Shown here: positions 27,684 to 37,208 of the stretch, piece by piece
Layout of the letters: each line of letters opens with the position of its first letter
How positions within the stretch are numbered: position 1 is the stretch's first letter
From: a virus
Strand: one strand, 5' to 3'
DNA: 64,000 bases
Virus record (IMG/VR): IMGVR_UViG_3300010885_011634
Location: 1 to 64,000 of that record
Made by a program: the position numbers and the translations under genes
Notes under the pieces: model-generated
Database searches by the model: none
What the model was told of the DNA's origin: nothing
Seen by the model: only the letters and a program-made list of their open reading frames with translations

Positions 27684-28483
27684 GTATTTTCCAATATTGA
27701 TTTAGCCTTGCCGTTTTTTAATTCACTAATGTGAAATTGGCCATATGCTAAATGACTCGCCCATGCAACTAATTTATCACTATCTGCATAGTACGGAGTT
27801 TCTATTTGACTTAAATCCTGTAATGCTACAGGACTTGCTGCGTTGGCAGGTGCTAGTGTAAATGCTGGAATGCCATGAAATATACTTTCAACGGCTGCTA
27901 CACTATTAAATGTTACCAAAGCAAATACATCTTTATCAAGAGCATTCTGTAAGGTATCAGTAGCAATGCGGTCAATTCTATTTGCAGCTCGTTCTCTAAC
28001 TTCAACAGGTCGATCGGTATACTGTTTAATAGTATTAACGGTATCTTCTACCCACTGATCTAAATCAACACCATAAAACTTACAAGGTTTTTCATCAGGT
28101 TTGGCAACTAATATCTTACGACCAGTTTTTCGCCACGGCTTAAATTTTTTATTAAATGATAGAAAACGATCAGAAGGTCGCGGAATAATTTCACCATGCT
28201 GTAAATCATTCTTTACAATGCGATGCCAGTATTTCCAACCGTTGGGGTTAGCTGGTGTTCGATCGTTTCCAAAATAACCCGAATCGATATAATAAAAATC
28301 GCGGCCATCTTTCCAGCAACGTTTCATTATTTTGTGTTTAAGAATTCCCCGTAACACAATGGGGTTATTTGACGTATCGTAAATAAAATCTTCAGTATCA
28401 ATAGTTTGCTCACCACAGCCGCTAGCAAACATATTCACATACTCGTCATTATTTCCCTTGCTTAGGAAAATCCATTTACTCAT
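27680..28483 (-). CDS. GT-B capsule-synthesis-like paralog 5
   Basis: FYYIDSGYFGN, WHRIVKN, FNSVAAVESIFHGIPA, QFHISELKNG. Confidence 0.6.
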   Translation of the reverse strand: MSKWIFLSKGNNDEYVNMFASGCGEQTIDTEDFIYDTSNNPIVLRGILKHKIMKRCWKDGRDFYYIDSGYFGNDRTPANPNGWKYWHRIVKNDLQHGEIIPRPSDRFLSFNKKFKPWRKTGRKILVAKPDEKPCKFYGVDLDQWVEDTVNTIKQYTDRPVEVRERAANRIDRIATDTLQNALDKDVFALVTFNSVAAVESIFHGIPAFTLAPANAASPVALQDLSQIETPYYADSDKLVAWASHLAYGQFHISELKNGKAKSILENT

Positions 28484-29157
28484 AGATTGCGCTGTAAACA
28501 GTAGTCTGTATATATGCGCTCACGGTGCCACTCATCGCCCATTGGCGTAGTAGCAAAATCATGGAAACTTGGAGTACCTAAGGTGTAATGTAATAATTTT
28601 GCTTCCGGATTAGCACCAAATTCATCTGGTAGCCAATTCCATACATTAGGTAATTCGCCAATCAAGTCATCAGTAAGCCAAGTAAATCTATGTACTTGTG
28701 CACCGGTGGCATTTTGTACAAATTCTGGAGTTACTGCTTTGTTAGCTTCGTGACCGCAATTCCAAAGTATTACACTTGACCAATTTTTACGAGGATAATT
28801 TTCGTTTTTAGAACCAAGATATTTTTCTGTTAGTTTAGTTTGATAATCGTGTTTAACTACCATGACTGCTTTACTGTCGTCACGCAGTGCCCATAACTTC
28901 TCAATATCGTCACGCACTAACATATCGCCGTCCATAAAGATTGCCCAACCGTTATATTCCATTAAGTGTGGAACAAGAAAACGACTGTAGATAAATTGAT
29001 TACTGCCGTCTGTGTGACCTTCTTCATAGTCTTGTAAATTATTCAATGCCAACGCTGTAAATGCTATTGGCTTGCTTGAATGTCTAATAATACTATTTGC
29101 GCATACATGGTATGCTATTGCTTCGCGGGGATCAAACCCAATAAAAACTCTAATCAT
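28480..29157 (-). CDS. GT8-like glycosyltransferase
   Basis: VFIGFDPRE, SRFLVP, FMDGDM (DxD), YPRKNWSS, HYTLGTP; start placed at ATG 29157. Confidence 0.8.
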   Translation of the reverse strand: MIRVFIGFDPREAIAYHVCANSIIRHSSKPIAFTALALNNLQDYEEGHTDGSNQFIYSRFLVPHLMEYNGWAIFMDGDMLVRDDIEKLWALRDDSKAVMVVKHDYQTKLTEKYLGSKNENYPRKNWSSVILWNCGHEANKAVTPEFVQNATGAQVHRFTWLTDDLIGELPNVWNWLPDEFGANPEAKLLHYTLGTPSFHDFATTPMGDEWHRERIYTDYCLQRNL

Positions 29158-29909
29158 TCTCTTTCTATGTCCTCTTCGATACATTGTGCGCCGTATTGTA
29201 TTTCTACAATTTTAACAGGAACATCCCACGGGTTTGATAATTGGTGCCATTCACCAACTGGAACTCTATATTCTTGATGCTTCTCTAAAACTTTTCCAGA
29301 CAACATATATCCGCTGTTAAGTCGACTAGCCACGCTCGCTATACCGTCACTAACAATCCAATATTCTGCTCTTAGATAATGTCGTTGCATTGATAATTTT
29401 TGACCAGGATTAACTGTAAGTTCTTTTACTTTCATGCCCGGTACTTCGTGAAGCACTCGATAATAGCCCCACGGTCGTTCAATTTTAGGTGCTTTCCATT
29501 CTTGTAAAATCCAGCTACTACTATTCTTTTTATTCTCGCCACCGACACCAAATACAAATTCAACACCAAGCTCTGTCATTTCTGGAATATTATCAGCTGT
29601 GCGATCGCCGCCATTAGCAAATATAATATGGTGATTTGGATACATTAATTTAACATTACGTATTGCCTCAATTGCATGATTATCAGTATCGTTGAATAAT
29701 ATACAATGGTCTACTGCTTTAAGATTTTGAATAATATCGATACGTTCAGTACTTGGCATGAACTCCCGGCCTTTCTTTCTACGTAGCCAGTCGTCAGAGT
29801 TCACTCCTACTACTAAAATATCTCCAAGTTCTCGTGCGGCATTAATATAAGAAATATGCCCGGAATGTAAGGGATCAAACCCGCCGGTTATAAGTACAAT
29901 GGTTTTCAT
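29154..29909 (-). CDS. HxGH cytidylyl/adenylyltransferase fused to a mannose-6-phosphate isomerase type II cupin
   Basis: TGGFDPLHSGH, VGVNSD, RKKG, ANGGDR; C-terminal ERPWG...LSMQRH...H. Confidence 0.85.
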   Translation of the reverse strand: MKTIVLITGGFDPLHSGHISYINAARELGDILVVGVNSDDWLRRKKGREFMPSTERIDIIQNLKAVDHCILFNDTDNHAIEAIRNVKLMYPNHHIIFANGGDRTADNIPEMTELGVEFVFGVGGENKKNSSSWILQEWKAPKIERPWGYYRVLHEVPGMKVKELTVNPGQKLSMQRHYLRAEYWIVSDGIASVASRLNSGYMLSGKVLEKHQEYRVPVGEWHQLSNPWDVPVKIVEIQYGAQCIEEDIERE

Positions 29910-29941
29910 GCAGATATTTATCTGCGTAGATTACTCAATAA

Positions 29942-30397
29942 TTAAAGACTGGCGTCTTCTAATCCGGCTGTTCTTAGTTTAACAATATTTGATACTTGCC
30001 ATTGCTTAATGTCAAGTGCTTTGATAATTCCCAACCACTTATTTCTAAGTAGTGCGAAATCGTTGATAATTTTTTCAAAGTCTACAACGTCAGCTTCGCC
30101 TTCTACAAACTTTTCACAGTCTCTAGAAGACAAAGCTCGTTGATAGTTTTCTAAATACTTTCGAAAATGCTGACTACGAAGGCGTCTTAGTTCAATGTTT
30201 AGATATTCTAAAATACCTTCAATTTCTTGAAGCTGATTAAATCGGTTCTCAACAATACCTGGCATATTTGCCGATATCTTTTCTAAACTACCGGATACTT
30301 TGCAATCAAATTTTGCTTGAATTAATTCAGCTTCATAGAATGCTACTGCATCTGGTATGTTTGAAATGTCTTTTGAAACCTTATCGTACCAGTTCAT
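29942..30397 (-). CDS. uvsY: recombination mediator (T4 UvsY-like)
   Basis: 151-aa helical protein two genes downstream of uvsX; KQWQVSNIVKLRTAG C-terminus typical of UvsY-like proteins. Confidence 0.7.
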   Translation of the reverse strand: MNWYDKVSKDISNIPDAVAFYEAELIQAKFDCKVSGSLEKISANMPGIVENRFNQLQEIEGILEYLNIELRRLRSQHFRKYLENYQRALSSRDCEKFVEGEADVVDFEKIINDFALLRNKWLGIIKALDIKQWQVSNIVKLRTAGLEDASL

Positions 30398-30633
30398 TCG
30401 TCCTCTTCTTCATATCCATAATCTGGTTCATCTTCTACTTCTTCACCGTCAATAGCATATTCAATAGCTTCGTCGAGATACGAATCAACCCCTCTTAAGC
30501 CATCTAATACACTATCTTTAATGCCGTGGTCTACTAGTGCGTTAACAAAGTCGGCGGCGGTATCTTTTCTATATTTCTCTGGAATATGTTCAACTACTAT
30601 AATCCAAATATCGGTGATTAATTCTTCTTTCAT
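30394..30633 (-). CDS. hypothetical protein with acidic tail
   Basis: 79 aa between uvsX and uvsY, overlapping both. Confidence 0.7.
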   Translation of the reverse strand: MKEELITDIWIIVVEHIPEKYRKDTAADFVNALVDHGIKDSVLDGLRGVDSYLDEAIEYAIDGEEVEDEPDYGYEEEDE

Positions 30634-31709
30634 TCATGGGTCTCCAAGTCTGGTTCAACATTTGTAGTTATCTCAGAATTGGTTTTTTCACCGTGTTTAG
30701 AAATGTCTGCCATTACAATATCTAACCCGTCTTTCTCGTTACGTTCCCATGCCTTGCGGAATTGTTTGATAACCTCACCATCTTCTGTAGTATATACTAG
30801 GCTGTTACCTTCTTTCTTGAGCATACCTTTAGCTTCAAACAAGTCGACTAATCCACTATATGGACTCATACCTGTTTCATAAGGAATTTCAACCTGTACA
30901 CTTTCAAACGGTTTAGCATAACGTGTTTTCATAATCTTACAGGCTGCACGAATACCTTGTACAGTTGTAGTCTTATTACCATCAGCATCAAGTTTCAATT
31001 TTAATTTACGCATAGCAACAACAATTGAACTTGCGTAAATGAAACCTTGTCCGCCACTGATCTTATCATCTGGATCAAACATATCTTGACTTGCGTATGT
31101 ATGATTGGTACATACCATGCCTATATTGTAACTACCAAACATATTAACGCAATTACGAACAAGTGCTGTCAATGCTTTGGGTTTACGACCCATGTCACCT
31201 TTCAAATCGCCTGCTTGGAATTGATTAATGTCAGTCGGTGTTAGCAACATACCCAAGCTATCAATGACAAACAATACTTTAGGACGATCAGTTTCATCCA
31301 TTGTTTTGTATTCTGCAATAAACTCTGTAATAGTCTTTGCTACATCGTCGATCATAGCCATATTAAGTTTTAACAACTTATCTGGACTTGTATCAACGCC
31401 AAGAGCGTGTAACCATGCTTCGTCTAGCGCATTTTCTGTATCAATTAAGATAGGGTAAATGCCTTGTGCTTGTGCGTTTTTAACTAGGTTGCCTGAACAG
31501 ATAAAACTCTTACCTGCACCAGATTCGCCAGCGAATACCGTTACTTTACCAAGAGGAATGCCACGATTAAAATCGCCACTAATTAGATAGTTTAATGCGA
31601 AGTTATTTGTGCTGACCCAATCTGTTGGATCATTAAAGCCAATACTAAGTCCTTCAATAGACTTTGTGATTGACTTTCTAAATTTAGAAATATCAAATGC
31701 TTTTGCCAT
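30630..31709 (-). CDS. uvsX: RecA-like recombinase (T4 UvsX-like)
   Basis: AGESGAGKS, IDTENA, VIDSLG, TNHTY, SGG, KTR. Confidence 0.92.
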   Translation of the reverse strand: MAKAFDISKFRKSITKSIEGLSIGFNDPTDWVSTNNFALNYLISGDFNRGIPLGKVTVFAGESGAGKSFICSGNLVKNAQAQGIYPILIDTENALDEAWLHALGVDTSPDKLLKLNMAMIDDVAKTITEFIAEYKTMDETDRPKVLFVIDSLGMLLTPTDINQFQAGDLKGDMGRKPKALTALVRNCVNMFGSYNIGMVCTNHTYASQDMFDPDDKISGGQGFIYASSIVVAMRKLKLKLDADGNKTTTVQGIRAACKIMKTRYAKPFESVQVEIPYETGMSPYSGLVDLFEAKGMLKKEGNSLVYTTEDGEVIKQFRKAWERNEKDGLDIVMADISKHGEKTNSEITTNVEPDLETHE

Positions 31710-31730
31710 ATTATTATGCCCTGTTGAGAA

Positions 31731-31756
31731 TAGAGCGTGAGTTCCCCCACGCTCTA
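31731..31756 (-). terminator. hairpin between gp32 and uvsX (terminator or processing site)
   Basis: TAGAGCGTG-agttcccc-CACGCTCTA inverted repeat; weak U-tract. Confidence 0.5.
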
Positions 31757-31766
31757 TAGTTTAGTC

Positions 31767-32750
31767 TTATTGCTTTTGACGATTGCGAATCATGGCAAGG
31801 ATGTCTTGCGCACGACTGTTATCACCTGCTGGTGCCGCTGTAGCATCTTCAACTTGTGGTTTTGGAGTTACCAAAGCCGCTGGAGCATCTTCTGCATCTT
31901 CATCAACTGGAGCAGCTTTAACTGCTGCCGGTTTATTAGGATCACCTGTTGCTGAACTTAAACCTGCTGGTTTGAAATACTGACCCCAACGTTCGAGATC
32001 ATATGCTTCACCATCAACTGATGCTTCAAACATTTCCTTCATAACTTTCAACTCAACGTCTGTTGGTTTCTTAGGTAGGAAGTCTGACAAGTTAAACAAT
32101 TCATGACTTGCTAGTGCTGCTGTTTCAACTTCGCTTAAAGCACGTTCACGACGTGACCATTTACTTGTTGAATAGTCAGCAAAGCCACCTTTCGATGTCT
32201 TAGCAATACGGAAGTCTACACCCTTTAGGTAGTCAGTTGGCAATTCATCTAACTCAGGATCCATCAATGCTGAACGGATAATTTGATAGATTTGAGGACC
32301 AATAATAAATCTACGGATTGGGTTTTCTGGTTTCTTATCTTCACCAATTGGATCTTCTACTACAAAGCCTTGGAAAATGTATGAACGTTTTTTCCAATAC
32401 TTACGACCCATTTCTTCTAAACTTTTATCTTTGAACCAACTACGCACTTCTGACAAGATTGGACAAACTGAACCATCGTTGTACATTTCCACGCATGGAA
32501 CTTGCACTTGTACTGGGCGTGAATCTGTTTCACCTTTAATGCCAGCAAATGGTAGTTTGATCATTGCACGTTCTACCCAAAAGAATGTGTTATTGGTATT
32601 ACCGTCAGGAAGTAAACGGATAACCGCTTCTTTGCCTTCTTGCATGTTCCAGTGTGGGTAAATTGCGTTGTCGCCGCCGCCTGTTGATTGTCCTGTGGAC
32701 TTTGTTTGTGCTTCTTGAAGTTTCGCACGAATTTCTGCTAATGTTGCCAT
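31767..32750 (-). CDS. single-stranded DNA-binding protein (T4 gp32-like)
   Basis: AVIRLLP, CPI, YWKKRSY, GFADYSTSKW; adjacent to uvsX. Confidence 0.85.
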   Translation of the reverse strand: MATLAEIRAKLQEAQTKSTGQSTGGGDNAIYPHWNMQEGKEAVIRLLPDGNTNNTFFWVERAMIKLPFAGIKGETDSRPVQVQVPCVEMYNDGSVCPILSEVRSWFKDKSLEEMGRKYWKKRSYIFQGFVVEDPIGEDKKPENPIRRFIIGPQIYQIIRSALMDPELDELPTDYLKGVDFRIAKTSKGGFADYSTSKWSRRERALSEVETAALASHELFNLSDFLPKKPTDVELKVMKEMFEASVDGEAYDLERWGQYFKPAGLSSATGDPNKPAAVKAAPVDEDAEDAPAALVTPKPQVEDATAAPAGDNSRAQDILAMIRNRQKQ

Positions 32751-32876
32751 TTTATATGCCTCCTATGTTATGCCTAAAATGTTTTATGCCTTGTACGCAT
32801 ATTGTTATTATGCGCTGTTTATTTAGTTAAGTCAACTAAAATTCTATCTATTTTTGAAACTGTTTTACCAAAATGC

Positions 32877-33491
32877 CTAGATGTTTTCAATGCCCTTTGC
32901 TTGCCACGGTGGCGGCCATGACCACGATACAAAAGAGTACTTATTACCTGATATGAGTGGTGTTGAATAATGTGGGTGTGTAACTGTACTAGGCCAAATC
33001 ATAGCATATCCTACGGGAATATCTTTACTGTTAAATCCTTGGCGACTAAATGTTAAATCACATCCTTCATAATTAGAATTTAATTTTACGTTTAGTGTAT
33101 ATTGACTTACATCATTATGTGCTGATGCAAATTGTCCTACTTGTGTGTATTTGATAATGTATGGTGGGAACCATCCAAATATTCCAGCAGACTCTTTTGT
33201 AAAAACTTTTTCTAATATTGGAATAATATCGGTTTTATAATGATTGGTATAGTCTTGTAAGAACGTAGGAACAACAGTATCGATTGATAAATCGTTCCAA
33301 CCCAACCCAACCTCTTTTGAAGATTCTAAAAACTGTGTGTCTTTAGAAAATTCTGTAGAATGCACTTCAGCTATTTGAATAAGACTATTGCAAAATTCTT
33401 CAGTCCAAAATGGTGTTATAATAATATCGTTAACGACTTCAAACTCTTTTCCACTATTTGGATGTATACCATTTTGATAGTTAATTTGCAT
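32877..33491 (-). CDS. 2OG-Fe(II) oxygenase (prolyl/lysyl hydroxylase-like)
   Basis: AHND (HxD), TLNVKLN, YEG, THPH, GNKYSFVSW. Confidence 0.82.
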   Translation of the reverse strand: MQINYQNGIHPNSGKEFEVVNDIIITPFWTEEFCNSLIQIAEVHSTEFSKDTQFLESSKEVGLGWNDLSIDTVVPTFLQDYTNHYKTDIIPILEKVFTKESAGIFGWFPPYIIKYTQVGQFASAHNDVSQYTLNVKLNSNYEGCDLTFSRQGFNSKDIPVGYAMIWPSTVTHPHYSTPLISGNKYSFVSWSWPPPWQAKGIENI

Positions 33492-33520
33492 TTTGTATTT
33501 ACTACTAGTATGTTAATGCC

Positions 33521-33546
33521 AAAAAGAAAGGGCACCTAAGTGCCCT
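33521..33546 (-). terminator. rho-independent terminator
   Basis: AGGGCAC-ctaa-GTGCCCT stem followed on the minus strand by TTCTTTTT. Confidence 0.8.
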
Positions 33547-33568
33547 ATCTCACTGCTACGAACAATCT

Positions 33569-35551
33569 TTACATGCCTGCTAGTTCTCTAATACGTGCTA
33601 ATTCTGCAATTTGTGGATCAGCCTGTTGTGGAGCCATACGCTCTACCATTTTGCGAGCAACTTGTTCTGCTTGTTCGCCAAACTTCTTGCCTACCATAAC
33701 TGCAACACCTTCTGGGCCTTTAGGGAATGTGCCTGAATCTTTATCATAGAATGAGTGAATAAATTCAGCTAATTCTTGTACTGGAATTTTTGACATTTTT
33801 TCAGTTTTACGGCGAGCAATATCACTTGAGTGTGTTACTTTACCGCGTGGATCTTTACCTTGGGACTTTTCCCAGTCACCTTCGTGTGACCAAGATTTAA
33901 CATTGCCTTCTTTGTCTTTTTCTACTTTGTCAATCGCTTCGTCTTTCTCGCCTCGATTTTTTGCTAGTCTTTCTGGATGACTAATATTTTTTGTTCTTTC
34001 TTTTTCTAAATCATCATGCGATACTTTCCAATTTTTATCGCCAGACTGCTGTCTCTTGTATGCAGGGACATCACTTTTATTCATGTCTTCTTGTGGTATT
34101 TCTTCACCTTCTGGTTGTTCCATACCTTGCTCTGCGCCTGCAGGTTCTTCAACATAGTCACCGAAGTCTAATTGTTCTAGAGCCTCTGGTGCATTTTGTT
34201 CTAACCAATCCTTAACTAAGCCGCGTGTACATGAATCTGGATCTTCTTTAGATTGTGCCTTTATTGCTTGATCAAGTTGTGGATCTTCAATAATGCCTTT
34301 TAGACTTTCGATAGCATTGCTGCCATCTACGCCTGCTGGAAAATGTTGACCTACTAATTCTTGTAGTTGTTGTAATGCAGCCTGTTGTTCGTCTGGATCT
34401 TGGCTTTGAATCGCTGACTCTTCACCTAGACCCATTGCCCAGTTTTCAAAACGTGCAAATGGATCTTCATATGTATCCACTTCTACATCTTCGTTGGCAA
34501 TATCTTCTTGTGCTGTCATAGCGACTATGTCGTCATAGCCTAATGTGCTTTCTTCTTGCATTAATCTGTATAGTACTGGAAATACAGATTTAATATCTTC
34601 TTTGAAGTTACGCACGGTGAATTTGTTTGTGAAATCTTCTACTACATCTTGAGGTACTTCCATTGGACTTTGTGCCTGGAATGATTCTCTATATGCCTCA
34701 TAGTGACCTTGTTTTGATAATTTTGAAATAGTTTCGCGCAGTTTATCTAATTGCATAGTTGAGCGTTCTACAATACCGTTGGTGTCGGAATTCATTAGGT
34801 CATTGCGAACAACATAATTACCAAAGCTCTTTAGTTGAGCAATCTCTTCGCTCATACGTATGATACTTTCGCCAATTTCGTCATAAGGTTTACCGCCGTT
34901 AGCAACATGTCGTTGCATAGCACGGGCACCGCTTAAATGAATGAACGGATACTTAAATCTTTCACCGTCCGCATTCTCAACAAACAAGCCTGCAATGTTT
35001 CGTGATCTTGCTCCAGGAGCCATATCGTCACTTAGCGTTTGGCTGTGTTTGATAATAAGACGTGTGTTTTCTAATTTCTGATAACTAACGTTCTTATTAC
35101 CGTATAGTTGACTTTCACTCATAATACTTTCTCCGACTGGTTTTGTTATTACTGTATCTGACGTAGGTTGCGGTTGTGAATATTGACTTAGAAAAGCGTA
35201 ATCTCGTTTATCTAAATTATCTTTAGCAATATCACGGGTGTCAAAATTTAACAATCTACGTTTGGCAAATGTTCTTAATTCTTTTAAGAATCCGTACCAA
35301 TTATCTTTTTGGTTACCGTCCATGGCTTCTGTAATGCCATGACTAAAATATACTTTCATGCTACTTGGTTCTGCTAGGCTGATGCTGACATGTCCAATAG
35401 GGGTTTCACCTTCCATGTAATCAAAATCAAAGAAGCGAGCTTGCTCTGGATTGATGGTAATTTCGCCGGTTTCAGCACCTAATTTAAGGCCTGTAAAGCG
35501 GCTTCTAATTTTATAGAATAAATCTGTTGCTATATTGTTTCTTGCGTCCAT
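33569..35551 (-). CDS. large hypothetical protein, probably head-associated
   Basis: About 660 aa with acidic linkers, immediately downstream of terL; TAAATA 5 nt before ATG 35551. Confidence 0.7.
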   Translation of the reverse strand: MDARNNIATDLFYKIRSRFTGLKLGAETGEITINPEQARFFDFDYMEGETPIGHVSISLAEPSSMKVYFSHGITEAMDGNQKDNWYGFLKELRTFAKRRLLNFDTRDIAKDNLDKRDYAFLSQYSQPQPTSDTVITKPVGESIMSESQLYGNKNVSYQKLENTRLIIKHSQTLSDDMAPGARSRNIAGLFVENADGERFKYPFIHLSGARAMQRHVANGGKPYDEIGESIIRMSEEIAQLKSFGNYVVRNDLMNSDTNGIVERSTMQLDKLRETISKLSKQGHYEAYRESFQAQSPMEVPQDVVEDFTNKFTVRNFKEDIKSVFPVLYRLMQEESTLGYDDIVAMTAQEDIANEDVEVDTYEDPFARFENWAMGLGEESAIQSQDPDEQQAALQQLQELVGQHFPAGVDGSNAIESLKGIIEDPQLDQAIKAQSKEDPDSCTRGLVKDWLEQNAPEALEQLDFGDYVEEPAGAEQGMEQPEGEEIPQEDMNKSDVPAYKRQQSGDKNWKVSHDDLEKERTKNISHPERLAKNRGEKDEAIDKVEKDKEGNVKSWSHEGDWEKSQGKDPRGKVTHSSDIARRKTEKMSKIPVQELAEFIHSFYDKDSGTFPKGPEGVAVMVGKKFGEQAEQVARKMVERMAPQQADPQIAELARIRELAGM

Positions 35552-35562
35552 AAGTGTATTTA

Positions 35563-37149
35563 TCAATATCCTGTACTGATGAAGATTGGCATAGGTAGCT
35601 GATCTTCGGTTAATTTTTCGCTCATTTTTTCGTAAATCTTAGGATCCCAGTCTGCTAACACATTAGCCATACGAATGATTAACAACGTACTCGATACTAA
35701 GTCATCGTGTTCACCGGATTTAGCACTAAACCCTGTAGCATGAGCCACGTAGGTTTTAAGTTCTGAAATCAATGGTTTAGAATGTATTTTCATTTTTTGT
35801 GTTTCTAACATATTTTTAAGTTGACTACATCCTGCTATTTTAGTACGATGCGTGGTGTTAAAGCCTTTGCGGAATTTACGGATATGTCCACGTCTAATAG
35901 GCTCGCTTAAGAATAACCCATTAAAGTTTTCTTCACCTAAATCACTAATAACAATTAGTGCTGCTTCACCTAGCGTGTTGTTTTCAACACTATAGTAAAT
36001 CTGAGGGGCATTACCTTTTTCAATTCCTCGATCGTTGATGTAACGACATATTTCTCGTAGATGTTTAACTTGACTTTGAATTGGCGTTAGATTATGATGC
36101 CACTCTGCTACTTGTTCCATGCTAGGCATTTCATATACCTGGATAGCACCGTAGTCGCCACCAGTACCTAGACTAGGATCTAGAGCTACTAGATATGTAC
36201 AGCGTGGGTCAATATCTTTGTACCAACGTGTTTGACCCATTGTCATTGTTGGTTCATCGCCTTTCATCTCTGCAAGACGTACTGCGTTAATTAGTGTTTC
36301 GTCAAAGATTAAGAATTCGCAATCAAACTCTCGACGGAATCGTTCTTCACCAATTTTAGCACGTTCTGTTGCTGCCCATACCTCGTCACGATCTGGATGT
36401 TCTGCCCAGTGTGCAAAGTAACTGTAAAATCCGTTAGTTCCTAATTGTTGTTCGTTACCAAACTCGTCAAACTTTTTGTTAGCCTCAGTCCAAATTAACG
36501 CAAACTGATCTTCGTCTGAGTTTGGTGTTGATGTAATAATACACTTACCACCTGTTGACAATGTTGGTGATAACGCAGTCCAAAACTCTTTGGCTTTTTC
36601 TGGCGGTTGTACAAACGCAAACTCATCACAATAAATTAATGAAAGAGATTTACCACGACCGGTATTTTCTGTAGTTGTTGTTGCTTGAATACGTGCTCCA
36701 TTGTCGTATTCAATTGAGTTTCTATTGTATGTATGAACACCGGCACGAATAAAATCAGGCAAGTTCTCGTAGCCAAAACGGTAACGATTCATAATATCCT
36801 GCGCACCTTCGTATTTGTGAGCAGCAATTAATACTTGTGCTTCCGGTACAAACATAGTATACCACAATAAGTATCCTGTGGCACAGGTAGTTTTACCCAT
36901 CTGTCGAGGTAACATAGCAATACATTGTTTGTTTTCGTGGTATGCTTGAATTAATCTTTCTTGATATTCGTACGGCACAAAAGGAATACTGCCCCGGACA
37001 GGATGTTGGATCTTTAAGAAGTTTTTACAGAAGTATAATGGACCATTAACTGGATCCATACAGGCTTCTAAATGCTTTACTTCCTCTAGTGTATATCGTT
37101 GAGGAGCGTGGGCTTTCTTAATTAAATTACCGTCTAATGATTTTGCCAT
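35563..37149 (-). CDS. terL: terminase large subunit (T4 gp17-like)
   Basis: YEYQ, PRQMGKTT, YCDEFAFV, ITSTPN, ALDPSLGTGGDY, HDDLV. Confidence 0.95.
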   Translation of the reverse strand: MAKSLDGNLIKKAHAPQRYTLEEVKHLEACMDPVNGPLYFCKNFLKIQHPVRGSIPFVPYEYQERLIQAYHENKQCIAMLPRQMGKTTCATGYLLWYTMFVPEAQVLIAAHKYEGAQDIMNRYRFGYENLPDFIRAGVHTYNRNSIEYDNGARIQATTTTENTGRGKSLSLIYCDEFAFVQPPEKAKEFWTALSPTLSTGGKCIITSTPNSDEDQFALIWTEANKKFDEFGNEQQLGTNGFYSYFAHWAEHPDRDEVWAATERAKIGEERFRREFDCEFLIFDETLINAVRLAEMKGDEPTMTMGQTRWYKDIDPRCTYLVALDPSLGTGGDYGAIQVYEMPSMEQVAEWHHNLTPIQSQVKHLREICRYINDRGIEKGNAPQIYYSVENNTLGEAALIVISDLGEENFNGLFLSEPIRRGHIRKFRKGFNTTHRTKIAGCSQLKNMLETQKMKIHSKPLISELKTYVAHATGFSAKSGEHDDLVSSTLLIIRMANVLADWDPKIYEKMSEKLTEDQLPMPIFISTGY

Positions 37150-37163
37150 ATTGTTATTTACTG

Positions 37164-37191
37164 AAAAAAATAGGCTCCGAAGAGCCTATTT
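37164..37191 (-). terminator. rho-independent terminator with cUUCGg tetraloop
   Basis: Minus strand AAATAGGCTC-TTCG-GAGCCTATTTTTTT. Confidence 0.88.
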
Positions 37192-37208
37192 GGATTTAAC
37201 AATTTATA

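Noticed and set aside
35563-37149. Inteins or introns in terL, the helicases or uvsX
   Set aside because: Lengths are normal, motifs are contiguous, and there are no C/S...HN splice junctions or LAGLIDADG inserts
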